Assembly (NCBI GenBank): GCA_964595305.1
Contig: CAZQPW010000001.1
Span: 9,722 to 73,721 of the forward strand
From: an uncultured Candidatus Saccharibacteria bacterium
Lineage (GTDB): Bacteria; Patescibacteriota; Minisyncoccia; Phycocordibacterales; Phycocordibacteraceae
DNA: 64,000 nucleotides
Direction: 5' to 3'
The stretch's first letter is position 1; every line of letters begins with the position of its first letter. Shown in pieces: positions 10,393-20,343 of the stretch. The position numbers and the translations under genes were made by a program. The notes beneath the pieces were generated by a model, which saw only the letters and a program-made list of their open reading frames with translations, ran no database searches and was not told the origin of the DNA.

Positions 10393-12741
10393 GTGCACCT
10401 ACCTATGCGATGGTTTCGAGTATATTTTGTACGTGGCCTAGCGGTCGCGGCTCTCATTTTTGTCACTACCCTAACTGGGTATTTTTACTCGTTTTTCTTT
10501 TTTTCTGATCAACACCGAAAGCCAATATCTGAAGTCGCGCTCGAAAAAGTGTACGTGTACTACAGTAGTCCACTTACGAAAGGCAAAGTTGCGCTTACAT
10601 ATGATGATGGCCCTACATCAGAGACACTTCAAATTGCTTCCGAACTTAAGAAGGCAAATGCTCCCGGGACTTTTTTCTTCGTTGGCTCGGCAGCATTGAT
10701 GAATCCAGACGTTGTAAAGAAAATTCATGACCAAGGATTTGAAATCGGCAACCACACGTTTACACACCAAACGAGCGTGCATGCGTCGAAGCGGCGCCTT
10801 GCACAAGAGCTTGCTACAACTGAGTACATACTTTCGACTATTACCGGAGAGCATACCCGCTTTTACCGACCGCCTTTCCTAATGGAGCTTGGTAAAGATA
10901 TCACCTTAAACCCGTACGTAGTTATGCCTGAAGGTGCAGCGTGGATCGCACAACTTGGGTATATTCCAGCAGGCGCAGATGTAGACTCTCGCGACTGGGC
11001 TACTGCGAGTACCGATGATGTCATCCGGAATGTACTTGCAAATATGGGTAAACAGGGAGGCGTGATTCTCCTCCACGATAGAAAACCAACATCACTCGAA
11101 ACCACACGAATTGTTAATGAGGTGCGAGCTCGCGGATACGAAATTGTACCACTTGCAGACCTACTAACACCACCAACGACGCATGTATTTAGTCGCGACA
11201 TCGCGCGTGGGGCTTCAGGTAATGAAGTCAATTACTTGCAGTGGTTCTTGTTTGATAAGGGGTACCTGGACCCATGGTCATTAACTGGTGTGTATGACAG
11301 CGACACGGAAAACGCAGTAGCGCGCTTTGAGGCGGTATCAAACCCTAATGGGCCGATAACCGGAATTTTTGCTGGCGCAGTGCGTGAGTCATTTAATAAA
11401 CAGATTGCGATTCCAACTACGTATTATCCTGAAGTAAAAAAGTATACACCGACTGCTGTGCGTAGTTTTGAGCGTGGCTTCTTTGACAGTTTTGGGATGC
11501 TCACACTTTTTATTAGTGCAGCCACTTATTTTTCTGCAATACTTGTTTTTATTAAACTTGCATTCATGATCATTCTGCACCTTGTCAGAATGGTTTCTCG
11601 AAAACATGCAACCACAAACGCAATAACTGCGGCGTCTGTGATCGTTCCTGCATACAATGAGGAGCTCGGGATTGAGTCAACTATTCGTTCTCTTGATAAT
11701 CAGAAAAATATACATCTTGAAATAATTGTAGTAGACGACGGTTCTAAAGATAAAACTGCTGCCGTAGTAAAGGATCTCTTGAAAGAGCAATTTAAATCGA
11801 AAATTATTTTCATTCAAAGCGAAAACCGTGGTAAGCCGCACGCACTTAATTTGGGTCTCGCACGAGCTTCACAAGAAATAGTAGTCACGGTAGACGCCGA
11901 TACTATACTTTCTGACAACGCAGTTGCAGCACTGGTAGGTGCATTTTCAGACAAAAATGTTGGGGCTGCAGCAGGCAAGGTGTACACGACCCACACAAAG
12001 AGCTTCCTTGAGTACATGCAAAACATAGAGTACCTGGTCGGTCAAAACGTCGACAAGCGCGCTTTCGAGCTCGTTAATGCCATACATGTGGTACCCGGTC
12101 CTATAGGCGCATGGCGTAAGTCGGCCCTCATTGAAGTCGGTGGCTTTAAGGAAGGTACGCTAGTGGAAGACCAAGACACCACACTCGCGCTTTTAGAGGA
12201 GGGGTATAGCATACGGTACGTTCCCACAGCTCTTGCATATGCCGAAACCCCAGGTACGTGGAGAGACTTTATACGCCAACGTTATCGCTGGACGTATGGC
12301 ACACTACAGTGCTTTGCGAAATATGCGCACACCATAATTACAAGACCGTTTAGTGGACTAGGTTTTGTTGTGATCCCCATGATGTTGCTCTATGGTCTAA
12401 TTACTCCTCTTACATACGTAATCGTTGACGGTGCTCTCCTAATTGGTATCGCAAGTGGGTCTTGGAATACTATAGTGTTGCCAGTATTGCTTTTCATGGT
12501 TTTTGATACAGTGTACGCTGGTATTGGAATGATTGGTGAAAAGAAGTGGCTGCAGCACACGCTTATGGTGCCTGTGGTGCGGTTTGTCTCAAGATACATT
12601 GCCTTTAGTGTTGTTATACAAAGCTGTGCTGCGGCACTTGAAGGGGCAGTCGTAGGTTGGAATAAGGTTGACAGGACTGGTGGTGTGCACAACTTGTTTG
12701 TTGCCATGACGTCTAAATCATCTCCAGCTACAACTAAATAG
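10393..12741 (+). CDS. Fusion protein: polysaccharide deacetylase (NodB) + peptidoglycan-binding domain + family-2 glycosyltransferase (PgaC/IcaA-like synthase)
   Basis: NodB motifs 'TYDDGP' and 'EIGNHTFTH'. PG_binding_1-like 'YLQWFLFDKGYLD...ENAVARFE'. GT2 'IVPAYNEE', 'VVDDGSKD', 'DADT' and processive 'QRYRW' motifs. TM helices separate the domains. Confidence 0.8.
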   Translation: MHLPMRWFRVYFVRGLAVAALIFVTTLTGYFYSFFFFSDQHRKPISEVALEKVYVYYSSPLTKGKVALTYDDGPTSETLQIASELKKANAPGTFFFVGSAALMNPDVVKKIHDQGFEIGNHTFTHQTSVHASKRRLAQELATTEYILSTITGEHTRFYRPPFLMELGKDITLNPYVVMPEGAAWIAQLGYIPAGADVDSRDWATASTDDVIRNVLANMGKQGGVILLHDRKPTSLETTRIVNEVRARGYEIVPLADLLTPPTTHVFSRDIARGASGNEVNYLQWFLFDKGYLDPWSLTGVYDSDTENAVARFEAVSNPNGPITGIFAGAVRESFNKQIAIPTTYYPEVKKYTPTAVRSFERGFFDSFGMLTLFISAATYFSAILVFIKLAFMIILHLVRMVSRKHATTNAITAASVIVPAYNEELGIESTIRSLDNQKNIHLEIIVVDDGSKDKTAAVVKDLLKEQFKSKIIFIQSENRGKPHALNLGLARASQEIVVTVDADTILSDNAVAALVGAFSDKNVGAAAGKVYTTHTKSFLEYMQNIEYLVGQNVDKRAFELVNAIHVVPGPIGAWRKSALIEVGGFKEGTLVEDQDTTLALLEEGYSIRYVPTALAYAETPGTWRDFIRQRYRWTYGTLQCFAKYAHTIITRPFSGLGFVVIPMMLLYGLITPLTYVIVDGALLIGIASGSWNTIVLPVLLFMVFDTVYAGIGMIGEKKWLQHTLMVPVVRFVSRYIAFSVVIQSCAAALEGAVVGWNKVDRTGGVHNLFVAMTSKSSPATTK

Positions 12742-12742
12742 T

Positions 12743-13975
12743 ATGAAGAAAAAAAACCAGCTTACCTTTTGGAACATTTATGGCATCGCATGTATAGTAG
12801 TTTTTGTTTGCCTATTTGGTGTTGTTGCTTTTATAACATTTACTAACGGCCCGGCGGTTGTGCTACCAGATTCCATCGTTACGCCATCGAAAGCTCCTAG
12901 ATTTGCGTTAGGCGCGTTTAATCAAAAAAACACACAGCCGCAAATATTTTCTGACTCCGTAAAGTTTGGTTGGAATGAGGCGTCGTGGGGCGGCTCCGCA
13001 GTTCCCACAACAGAATTGCGCAGTACCGGAGAAAAATCTCTCAAAGTTTCGGTAGCTGAGGAGTGGGGAGGGGTAATTTTTGAGCCCAAAGCTGCCGTCG
13101 CTAGTGGGAGCTCTGTTTCATTTGACGTATCTTCAAAGGCCGCACTAGAATCTCTATATGTAGAAATCTCTTCCGGCACACGCAACTCATACCGTGCCCC
13201 ACTTTCTTGGTACAAGTCAGCACAAAATTCAGGCGATTGGATACATGTTGTGGTGCCGTTGTCACATGCGTCAACTACGCCGCACGCGCTAAAGAGTATA
13301 AGCTTCATTAGTAAGACCCCAACCGCACTTTACTTAGACTCGATCGGTCTTACAAATGAAGTAAGCGCTCAGAGCGTAGTATATGTAGCCCCACCAGACG
13401 GATCTCCAATTGTTATTACAGGAAAAAGTGTGCTTCCATACTCGGCACAATTCAATACGCTCTGGACTAGTGCGTATGGACGCTTTTCTCCACGCGGAGA
13501 GACCGCACTTATTGGACCAAAGGCGTCCGAAAAAGGTTCGCAGGGCTCGCTCGCAATATTTACTGACGGTGGCGCATGGACCGACTACCGCGTTACAACA
13601 CATATGAAGTGGGGGACCACTGAGACATATGGTTTGGTCGCAAGGTATACTGACGACCGCAACTACGTATCATGTGACTTTTCAGACAACTACTCAATGG
13701 TCAGTCTTTTTCAAGTAAAAAACGGATTTTCTACTCAACTAGGTGATACTCCAGAGCTGCCGCGCAAATCGTTTTACGAACGAGACATCGAACACGTTAA
13801 CGAAATCGAAGTCGTAGGTAATAGAGTATCGTGTTACTTAGACGGCGATAGGGTTATTTCAATGAACGTACCGGGCATATCTGCCACAGGTACTGTAGCG
13901 GTCGCCTCATGGACCCGTTACCCAGATGCATTTCCTCACCACATACTAAAATTTGAAGTTTCGCAGGTAAAATAA
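12743..13975 (+). CDS. Membrane-anchored extracellular protein with CBM-like and LamG/DUF1080-like (ConA-like lectin/glucanase) domains
   Basis: N-terminal TM anchor. C-terminal pattern 'TDYRVTTHMKW...GLVARYTDDRNYVSCDF...VGNRVSCYLDGDRVISMN' resembles the DUF1080/LamG jelly-roll. Directly follows the deacetylase-GT2 fusion. Confidence 0.4.
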   Translation: MKKKNQLTFWNIYGIACIVVFVCLFGVVAFITFTNGPAVVLPDSIVTPSKAPRFALGAFNQKNTQPQIFSDSVKFGWNEASWGGSAVPTTELRSTGEKSLKVSVAEEWGGVIFEPKAAVASGSSVSFDVSSKAALESLYVEISSGTRNSYRAPLSWYKSAQNSGDWIHVVVPLSHASTTPHALKSISFISKTPTALYLDSIGLTNEVSAQSVVYVAPPDGSPIVITGKSVLPYSAQFNTLWTSAYGRFSPRGETALIGPKASEKGSQGSLAIFTDGGAWTDYRVTTHMKWGTTETYGLVARYTDDRNYVSCDFSDNYSMVSLFQVKNGFSTQLGDTPELPRKSFYERDIEHVNEIEVVGNRVSCYLDGDRVISMNVPGISATGTVAVASWTRYPDAFPHHILKFEVSQVK

Positions 13976-14008
13976 AAACCCCCTCGGAATGGGGGTTTTA
14001 TTTATTTC
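13976..14008. terminator. Bidirectional rho-independent terminator
   Basis: A-tract + CCCCC-tcggaat-GGGGG + T-tract between convergent genes (ends at 13975 and 14016). Confidence 0.8.
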
Positions 14009-14015
14009 TTGATTA

Positions 14016-14345
14016 TTACCAAGACTGGCGTCGCTCGCCGCCGCCGAAGCCGCCGCGATTACCTCCACCAAATCCTCCACGTCCGCCACCATTGTTTTCT
14101 GGTGGGCGTGCTACAGAGACTCGAACAGTGCGTCCGTCAATCTCTTTGCCGTCAAGTGCAGCGAGTACTGCATCTGCTTCTTCGTCCGTCGACATTTCGA
14201 CGAAACCGAAGCCGCGTGATCGGCCAGTCTCACGGTCAGTGATTACTTTTGCTGATACAACGTTTCCAAAACCTTGCACAGCTGCTTTTAATGAGTCATC
14301 AGTGGTGTTGTAAGACAGACCACCGAAATAGAGTTTCTTTGCCAC
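14016..14345 (-). CDS. RRM-type RNA-binding protein with Gly/Arg-rich C-terminal tail
   Basis: RNP-2 'LYFGGL', RNP-1 'RGFGFVEM', C-terminal 'GGGRGGFGGGNRGGFGGG'. Confidence 0.85.
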   Translation of the reverse strand: MAKKLYFGGLSYNTTDDSLKAAVQGFGNVVSAKVITDRETGRSRGFGFVEMSTDEEADAVLAALDGKEIDGRTVRVSVARPPENNGGGRGGFGGGNRGGFGGGERRQSW

Positions 14346-14526
14346 AATACTAGTTTATGTTCAATAAAGCGAGGCTTAGTAATCCTGACTGTACGTGCCT
14401 TCCGTTGGCGCGCCTTGGTGTAAGACTGTTTGACACTCGTAATCATGATTATAGCACACCAAAGTGCAATGTCCAAATTATGCACAGCCCTTTACATATC
14501 GCATAAAAAGAGTATTATTCGGGCAT

Positions 14527-15591
14527 ATGACACGCACTACCCAGCTGTCCGTTTTTATTATTTTACTGGCTCTTTTTGTCGCTCCTCAAGTTGCACTAGC
14601 AGTCGATGAGGCTCCTGTCCCACCTGCGACGGGGACGATTCAAGTTTGCTCAATTATCATCGACGCCGTCGGCGATATGCGCACAAACTCGCCGCTGCCA
14701 GCTATTACGATTACACAAGAAGGCAGAACCGAGGGTACATTGACACTACCAAACACCACCTTTATGACACCGCTGGTTGCAAACCTCGACGCGGTTGCAG
14801 CTTTCGCAAACGAAGATGCATCATGCGTTGATTACCCAGAGTTTGCGTTTGGTACATATGCATATGGTGAAGCATCGTACTCAAATGATGCAGACTATGA
14901 TGAACCGCTTTATTTTGACGCACAAAATACGGACCAGGTTTCGATTCCTGATTTTAAAAAATTTAAGGAGCCAGGGGTTGAAAGTGCCGATGGTTTTATT
15001 ACAATCGATGCCGATCACCCAGTAGCGCGAATCTTCTCGCTCAGCACGTACTTACCGTGTGGACCAGTTGCGGAAGGAGAGACGTGTGGCTCTAATACAG
15101 GAGATGAAAGTGAGACTAGCGATACGACCCAGACAGAAACTCCTCCACCTCCAGCTCAGGGTGGCGGCGGGATCTATGTACCCACGGGCCCAGTCGTAGA
15201 AATTTTCCATCCAGAACCAGCCCCAAGTGTAGTATCTGAAAACACCACCACAGCTGTCGGCGGAGAGGGAAATGCAGGAACTTCGTGTGAGTTGCCGCTT
15301 ACATCTCATATGCGTCGCGGAAGAACGAACGACACGAATGCGGTGCTTATCCTGCAAAAATTTCTAAACGAACATATGGGTGCTGGTCTAAATGCAAACG
15401 GAGAGTTTGATGAGGCTACTGAGACTGCTGTCAAAAGTTTTCAAGACAAGTATGCAGTCGATGTACTCAAGCCTTGGGGTAATATAAACGCAACAGGAAT
15501 CGTATACCTCACTACGCTAAAGAAGATCAATCAGCTTCGTTGTGGTTCATATGCTGCAATTGACCCTATCCTTGTGCCTTGGATAGACTGA
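14527..15591 (+). CDS. Secreted protein with Pro/Gly-rich linker and C-terminal peptidoglycan-binding domain
   Basis: Signal peptide from the Met at 14527 (ORF is open from 14464). 'TETPPPPAQGGGG' linker. C-terminal PG_binding_1-like 'LILQKFLNEH...GEFDEATETAVKSFQ'. Confidence 0.55.
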   Translation: MTRTTQLSVFIILLALFVAPQVALAVDEAPVPPATGTIQVCSIIIDAVGDMRTNSPLPAITITQEGRTEGTLTLPNTTFMTPLVANLDAVAAFANEDASCVDYPEFAFGTYAYGEASYSNDADYDEPLYFDAQNTDQVSIPDFKKFKEPGVESADGFITIDADHPVARIFSLSTYLPCGPVAEGETCGSNTGDESETSDTTQTETPPPPAQGGGGIYVPTGPVVEIFHPEPAPSVVSENTTTAVGGEGNAGTSCELPLTSHMRRGRTNDTNAVLILQKFLNEHMGAGLNANGEFDEATETAVKSFQDKYAVDVLKPWGNINATGIVYLTTLKKINQLRCGSYAAIDPILVPWID

Positions 15592-15595
15592 GTTA

Positions 15596-16063
15596 ATGAA
15601 CGAAAAAGTTAGAGAGTGTGGAGAGTGCAATGCGTGCTGTAAGACGCACGCAGTAGTTGAGTTGAATAAACCGGACGGCAAGTGGTGCACGCATGCTGCT
15701 CCTGGGAAAGGGTGTGCGATTTACGGCTCACACCCGAAGTCATGCAAAGAGTTTAGCTGTGCGTGGCTTATGGGGCTAGGCGATGAAAGTGAGCGGCCAG
15801 ACAAAACTAAATTCGTAATTGATCCAGTAAACTACCCAGGCTGCCCGCCTGGCGGGGTAGTGCAGCTGTGGGAAGTAACCGAAGGTGCGCTTACAAAAGG
15901 CAACGCTATGGATGTGACATTCAGTCTTCACTCAGCTGGGCAGACGGTACTTCATATCCCGCTGCGGGGCAAGAAGCGAATGTATATTTCAAACCAACTT
16001 GATGATAATGAGCGAAAAAAAATTACCTCTGCAGCTATCCGTGATGGGATTGAAATTAGTTAA
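15596..16063 (+). CDS. YkgJ-family putative zinc/iron-chelating protein (CxxCxxCC)
   Basis: 'CGECNACCK' motif plus further conserved Cys/His. Confidence 0.5.
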   Translation: MNEKVRECGECNACCKTHAVVELNKPDGKWCTHAAPGKGCAIYGSHPKSCKEFSCAWLMGLGDESERPDKTKFVIDPVNYPGCPPGGVVQLWEVTEGALTKGNAMDVTFSLHSAGQTVLHIPLRGKKRMYISNQLDDNERKKITSAAIRDGIEIS

Positions 16064-16068
16064 TTGCC

Positions 16069-16845
16069 TCACTGTTTAAGCCCCAATCCATTGTGCAGTA
16101 GGTAGAGGGCAATGGCAACGAATATGCCGACGAGGAGCAACAGAACCGCAGACGCAACGATGAGTGAGGTATCGGCGATGCCTAAGAAGCCGTATCGGAA
16201 GCCGTTGATGATGTAGAAAACGGGGTTGAGGTGCGTGAGGGCTTGCATCAGTGGCGGTAGTGACTGCACAGAGTAAAATACTCCACCCAGGTATACAAGT
16301 GGGGTAAGTACGAATGTGGGCACTATGGTAATTCCGTCAAAGCCCTTTGCATAAATTCCATTAATGAGCCCAGCCAAAGCAAAAATCACCGAAGATAAAA
16401 GGAAGAAAAGTAATATGATGAATGGGTGAGCGATGTGAGGAAGGGCGAAGAACATCGACGCCGCGATGACTACTAGTGCTACTATGCCTGAGCGAAAAAC
16501 ACCACTCGTCACGTAGCCCGCGACGATGACCCACGGCGGGGTAGGGCTCACTAAAATTTCATCAATGTTTCGACCGAAAAACTTTGACTGAAAGAACGTA
16601 CTCGCGACGTCGGTATACGCGTTAGTTATAACTGCAAGCATCACGAGTCCCGGGACCACAAACTGCATATAGCTGAAACCTTGAATCTCGCCAATTTGAG
16701 AACCAAGGATGGTACCGAAGACTGTAAAGTAGAGGACTGAAGTCACGAGTGATGGTAGAACAGTTTGAGACCAAATTCGGAGCACACGGATCACGCCTTT
16801 ACGGACTATCGTGTAGTAAGAAATTAAAAGTTTGTCTGTCGGCAT
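16069..16845 (-). CDS. ABC-2 type transporter permease
   Basis: Six predicted TM helices, ABC-2 family profile. Follows an ABC ATPase. Confidence 0.75.
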   Translation of the reverse strand: MPTDKLLISYYTIVRKGVIRVLRIWSQTVLPSLVTSVLYFTVFGTILGSQIGEIQGFSYMQFVVPGLVMLAVITNAYTDVASTFFQSKFFGRNIDEILVSPTPPWVIVAGYVTSGVFRSGIVALVVIAASMFFALPHIAHPFIILLFFLLSSVIFALAGLINGIYAKGFDGITIVPTFVLTPLVYLGGVFYSVQSLPPLMQALTHLNPVFYIINGFRYGFLGIADTSLIVASAVLLLLVGIFVAIALYLLHNGLGLKQ

Positions 16846-16847
16846 AG

Positions 16848-17591
16848 CTATTTGGAAGTAAGTTGTAAGAAGACCTGTTCTAACTTTGACCCCATGCCTG
16901 AGTTGTTACCGTCGTGGAGAGCAAGCACTTCCTCCATAGTTCCGTTTGCAATAATTGAGCCTTTGTTAATTATCGCCACGTGTTTTGCAAGGGCCTCTGC
17001 TTCTTCAAGGTAGTGTGTAGTAAGTAATATGGTTAGTCCACTTGCGGTGAGTCCCTGCAAGTATTCCCACATTGATCGTCGCAGCTCGACGTCGACACCG
17101 GCCGTTGGTTCATCGAGTATTAAGAACTTAGGTTGGTGTATGAGCGCTCGAGCAATCATCAGGCGGCGCTTCATTCCGCCAGAAAGGGCCATCGCTTGGC
17201 CACGCATCTTGTCCTTGAGGCCTAAGTCGGCTAAGATTTTTTCTGCACGTGGGATAGCTATTTTTCTGCTAACGCCGTAGTAGCCTGCCTGGTTTACCAC
17301 AATGTCTATAGGCTTTTCAAATGGGTTGAAATTGACCTCTTGGCCGACAAGGCCAATCATTGCACGAGCTTCTTCAGGGCGCTCATCTATGTTTATATCA
17401 AAAACAGTAACAGACCCTTTAGACTTTGTTACTAGTCCAGCAGTAATTCCAATCAGAGTGGTTTTACCTGCGCCGTTTGGGCCTAAGAGCGCAAAGAAGT
17501 CGCCCGCTGGCACCTCAAGGTCTATTCCTTTTAGTGCCTCGGTACCAGACGCGTACTTTTTAGTAACTCCTGAAACAGCGAGTGCGTTCAT
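16848..17591 (-). CDS. ABC transporter ATP-binding protein
   Basis: Walker A 'GPNGAGKTT', signature 'LSGGMKRRL', Walker B 'LILDEPTAGVD'. Confidence 0.9.
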   Translation of the reverse strand: MNALAVSGVTKKYASGTEALKGIDLEVPAGDFFALLGPNGAGKTTLIGITAGLVTKSKGSVTVFDINIDERPEEARAMIGLVGQEVNFNPFEKPIDIVVNQAGYYGVSRKIAIPRAEKILADLGLKDKMRGQAMALSGGMKRRLMIARALIHQPKFLILDEPTAGVDVELRRSMWEYLQGLTASGLTILLTTHYLEEAEALAKHVAIINKGSIIANGTMEEVLALHDGNNSGMGSKLEQVFLQLTSK

Positions 17592-17594
17592 GAA

Positions 17595-18125
17595 CTAGTC
17601 GTGTAACGGTACTCCGCCAAGATAATCTGTCTTGCCAAGCTTTACACCATTTTTACGGAGAATGTTATATGCAGTAGAGAGATGGAAGTAAAAGTTAGGA
17701 ATACCGTAAAGGTGTACGTAGTCATGGCCGAGCATGTGCTTACCTTCAAAATAAGGAAGTACGATCTTTAGTTCAGATTTGTTTTCAAACTGCTCAGGTT
17801 TAAGTGTCTCGATAAACGCAAGCGTTTTTTCTATTCGCATCTTGAGTTCAGCAAAGGTAGTTTCAGTGTCTTCGTGTTTCGGTATTTCAACTTCAGCTAT
17901 TCTGCCCGCAATGCCTTTAGCGTTGTCGCACACAATTTGCACTTGGCGCTTAAAATCAAACTGGTCAAAAATAATTTTTTCCGAGGTAAGCGCGAGTTCA
18001 AATGAGGCCCACGAGAGCTTGTGTGCTTCTGCGTGCGCAGCCGCTTTATCGAGTACGCTACTGAGAGCTTTTAAAGATCGGATAAATGGCGGGACGATGG
18101 CATTGTAGTATGATGATGAGTTCAT
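17595..18125 (-). CDS. DUF1993-family protein (DinB_2-like helical bundle)
   Basis: C-terminal 'HLSTAYNILRKNGVKLGKTDYLG' resembles the DUF1993 signature. Confidence 0.4.
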   Translation of the reverse strand: MNSSSYYNAIVPPFIRSLKALSSVLDKAAAHAEAHKLSWASFELALTSEKIIFDQFDFKRQVQIVCDNAKGIAGRIAEVEIPKHEDTETTFAELKMRIEKTLAFIETLKPEQFENKSELKIVLPYFEGKHMLGHDYVHLYGIPNFYFHLSTAYNILRKNGVKLGKTDYLGGVPLHD

Positions 18126-18152
18126 ATATCAATACTACCACAATCGATTTTT

Positions 18153-19127
18153 TTGCGGTACTCTTTAAACATGAGCGGCGACAGCATTACCACCGAGTCA
18201 GATTCGTACGCGCTTTTAGACAGCGGTGAAGAAATGAAGCTAGAGCGGTTTGGTGAGTATGTGCTCGCGCGTCCAGATCCACAAGCAATTTGGCGACGCA
18301 GGCTTACCGTAAAAGAGTGGGCACAGGCGCATGCAACCTACGAGCGAAAGGGTACGTCTGGTGTGTGGCATGTTTCATCTAGCATACCTAAGGAGTGGGA
18401 CGTGCTTTTTGGCGGGTATTCTTTTAGGATTAAACCGACCTCATTTAAGCATGTAGGGCTTTTCCCCGAACATGAGTCTAATTGGGTGTGGCTTCATGAA
18501 AAAATAAAGGCTCGAGGAGACGGTCTTGCGAATAAGCGCGAAGCAGTGCATCAGCCTTTTGCGCACCATTTGCCAATTAAAGTATTAAACCTCTTTGGGT
18601 ACACTGGAGGTGCTACACTCGCAGCTGCACACACAGGTGCTGAGGTGGTCCATGTCGACGCCTCTAAGGCTGCAGTAGAGTGGGGGAAAGTAAATGCAGA
18701 GCTCTCTGGACTATCGGGCGCCCATATTCGGTGGATCGTAGACGACGCGATGCAGTTTGTAAAAAAAGAGATCAAGCGTGGTAACACTTATGACGCTATT
18801 ATTCTAGACCCGCCAGCATTCGGGCACGGTCCAAAACGTGAGCTTTGGAAAATCGAACGCGACCTTCCTATGTTAATATCGCTCCTACCAAAGATATTGA
18901 CTGACAAGCCACTATTCGTGCTTTTGAATGGTTATGCTGCTGGGTACTCGCACCACTCGCTTGGTAATGTGCTCGAACCGTTAATTACAAAAAATGCAGA
19001 TGTAGAAACAGGTGAGCTTTTAATCAAGGAATCTCCAGCATCACCACCATCTTTCCTCGTAGTGCACTCGCGAAATGATCCGGTGCGCTTACTCCAGGCC
19101 GGAATATTCGCCCGAGTAACATACTAA
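18153..19127 (+). CDS. Class I SAM-dependent rRNA methyltransferase (RlmI/RlmK-like)
   Basis: 'LNLFGYTGGATLAAA' SAM motif I and 'ILDPPAFG' motif IV. Confidence 0.6.
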   Translation: MRYSLNMSGDSITTESDSYALLDSGEEMKLERFGEYVLARPDPQAIWRRRLTVKEWAQAHATYERKGTSGVWHVSSSIPKEWDVLFGGYSFRIKPTSFKHVGLFPEHESNWVWLHEKIKARGDGLANKREAVHQPFAHHLPIKVLNLFGYTGGATLAAAHTGAEVVHVDASKAAVEWGKVNAELSGLSGAHIRWIVDDAMQFVKKEIKRGNTYDAIILDPPAFGHGPKRELWKIERDLPMLISLLPKILTDKPLFVLLNGYAAGYSHHSLGNVLEPLITKNADVETGELLIKESPASPPSFLVVHSRNDPVRLLQAGIFARVTY

Positions 19128-19132
19128 CTAAG

Positions 19133-19795
19133 ATGAATAGGCACGAACTACCAACTACAAGTAAGACAGAACTAACTCGTGATTTTATCCTCTCGGAGTT
19201 AAAGAAACTTCAGTACCTATACGGCCTGAACCGTGTCATCAGGTTTAATATGAGGCGAAACGAGAAGCATCAAACCCAATCAGTAGCTGAGCATATCGCA
19301 AACCTTATTGGCCTCGCACACTACTTCAGGAAATATGAAGACCCTGACAACAAACTTGACTTTGAAAAAGTCATCAAAATGATCTATGTACACGACATGC
19401 CAGAAATAGAGACCGGAGATATCGTCGACATATCAAAAAATCATAATTACCATGTAGAAGAGCGGTCTGCCATACTAAAAGTCAAAGCACAGGCGCCTCA
19501 ATTTGTAGCCGACGACATAGAGCGGCTACACGCTGAGTATGAAAATAAGTCAACTCCTGAGGCAAGATATGTATATGCGTTGGATAAGTTTGAGGGACAG
19601 CTATCTTGGATGAGCGTTTCCGGCATTGCGATGGCAAGGCTTGCAGTAAAGCGAGCAAATCAGGATATTAAAGTTGCTCACAAATCTCTGATTCAAAGAA
19701 TTGGAAAATACTATGCGGATAACAACTTCGACACTCTAGGTCAGTACTTTACAGTGATTAATGAAGTTAAAGAAGAGCTAGGGATATTTCGTTGA
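19133..19795 (+). CDS. HD-domain phosphohydrolase (YfbR-like 5'-deoxynucleotidase family)
   Basis: 'SVAEHIANL...H' and 'VHDMPEIETGD' HD motifs. Confidence 0.65.
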   Translation: MNRHELPTTSKTELTRDFILSELKKLQYLYGLNRVIRFNMRRNEKHQTQSVAEHIANLIGLAHYFRKYEDPDNKLDFEKVIKMIYVHDMPEIETGDIVDISKNHNYHVEERSAILKVKAQAPQFVADDIERLHAEYENKSTPEARYVYALDKFEGQLSWMSVSGIAMARLAVKRANQDIKVAHKSLIQRIGKYYADNNFDTLGQYFTVINEVKEELGIFR

Positions 19796-19797
19796 CT

Positions 19798-20343
19798 TTA
19801 CCGGCTCGAAGGATTTTTGCTAGAGTTGTGTACTAAAAGTAGTACAATTAAAAACACAAATAATGAGAGGGCCATGAACGGGTAGGTAATGTAGCCGAGC
19901 TCGAACATGATTCGCGTTGAGCAGCTCTCCGATGGGCCAGTAATTGGGCACGGCAGCATTTCGCTGCCTCCAAGTTGAAGATAGTGATGGTATACCGCTA
20001 TTACGGCTCCAATCACCGAAAGTGCAGTGACGTAGAGGTGCGCGCGGGCATCTTTAGTTAATGCTGCAATTGCAAAGATAACTACCTGTGGGTACAAAAA
20101 CACCCGCTCAAGCCAACAAAGGCCGCAAGGCCGCTCTCCCAGAATTTCAGAATAGTAAAGCGTGACGAGTGAGGCGCCTAGTGTAAGTATGAAGCCGAAC
20201 AGGAAAGTATATTTGGATGCTATTACACGAAACGAAGTGAGGCTCTTTGGATAAAATGCAAGATAGAGCAAGAAAAGTGTCGCAGCGTTTAAGAGCAATG
20301 TTAGATAACCAAGAAGCGTGTTAGATAGCTCTAGCGTTGGCAT
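19798..20343 (-). CDS. Disulfide bond formation protein B (DsbB/BdbC family)
   Basis: Four TM helices. 'PCGLCWLERV' matches BdbC 'PCVLCWYQRI'. A second Cys pair 'CPITGPSESC'. Start ATG overlaps the stop of the upstream thioredoxin gene (TAATG); ORF is open to 20433. Confidence 0.7.
   Translation of the reverse strand: MPTLELSNTLLGYLTLLLNAATLFLLYLAFYPKSLTSFRVIASKYTFLFGFILTLGASLVTLYYSEILGERPCGLCWLERVFLYPQVVIFAIAALTKDARAHLYVTALSVIGAVIAVYHHYLQLGGSEMLPCPITGPSESCSTRIMFELGYITYPFMALSLFVFLIVLLLVHNSSKNPSSR

Noticed and set aside
14346-14526. sigma-70-type promoter upstream of the secreted PG-binding protein ('TTGACA' at 14432)
   Set aside because: No properly spaced -10 hexamer follows (spacer 13-14 nt). 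Not reported as a feature.
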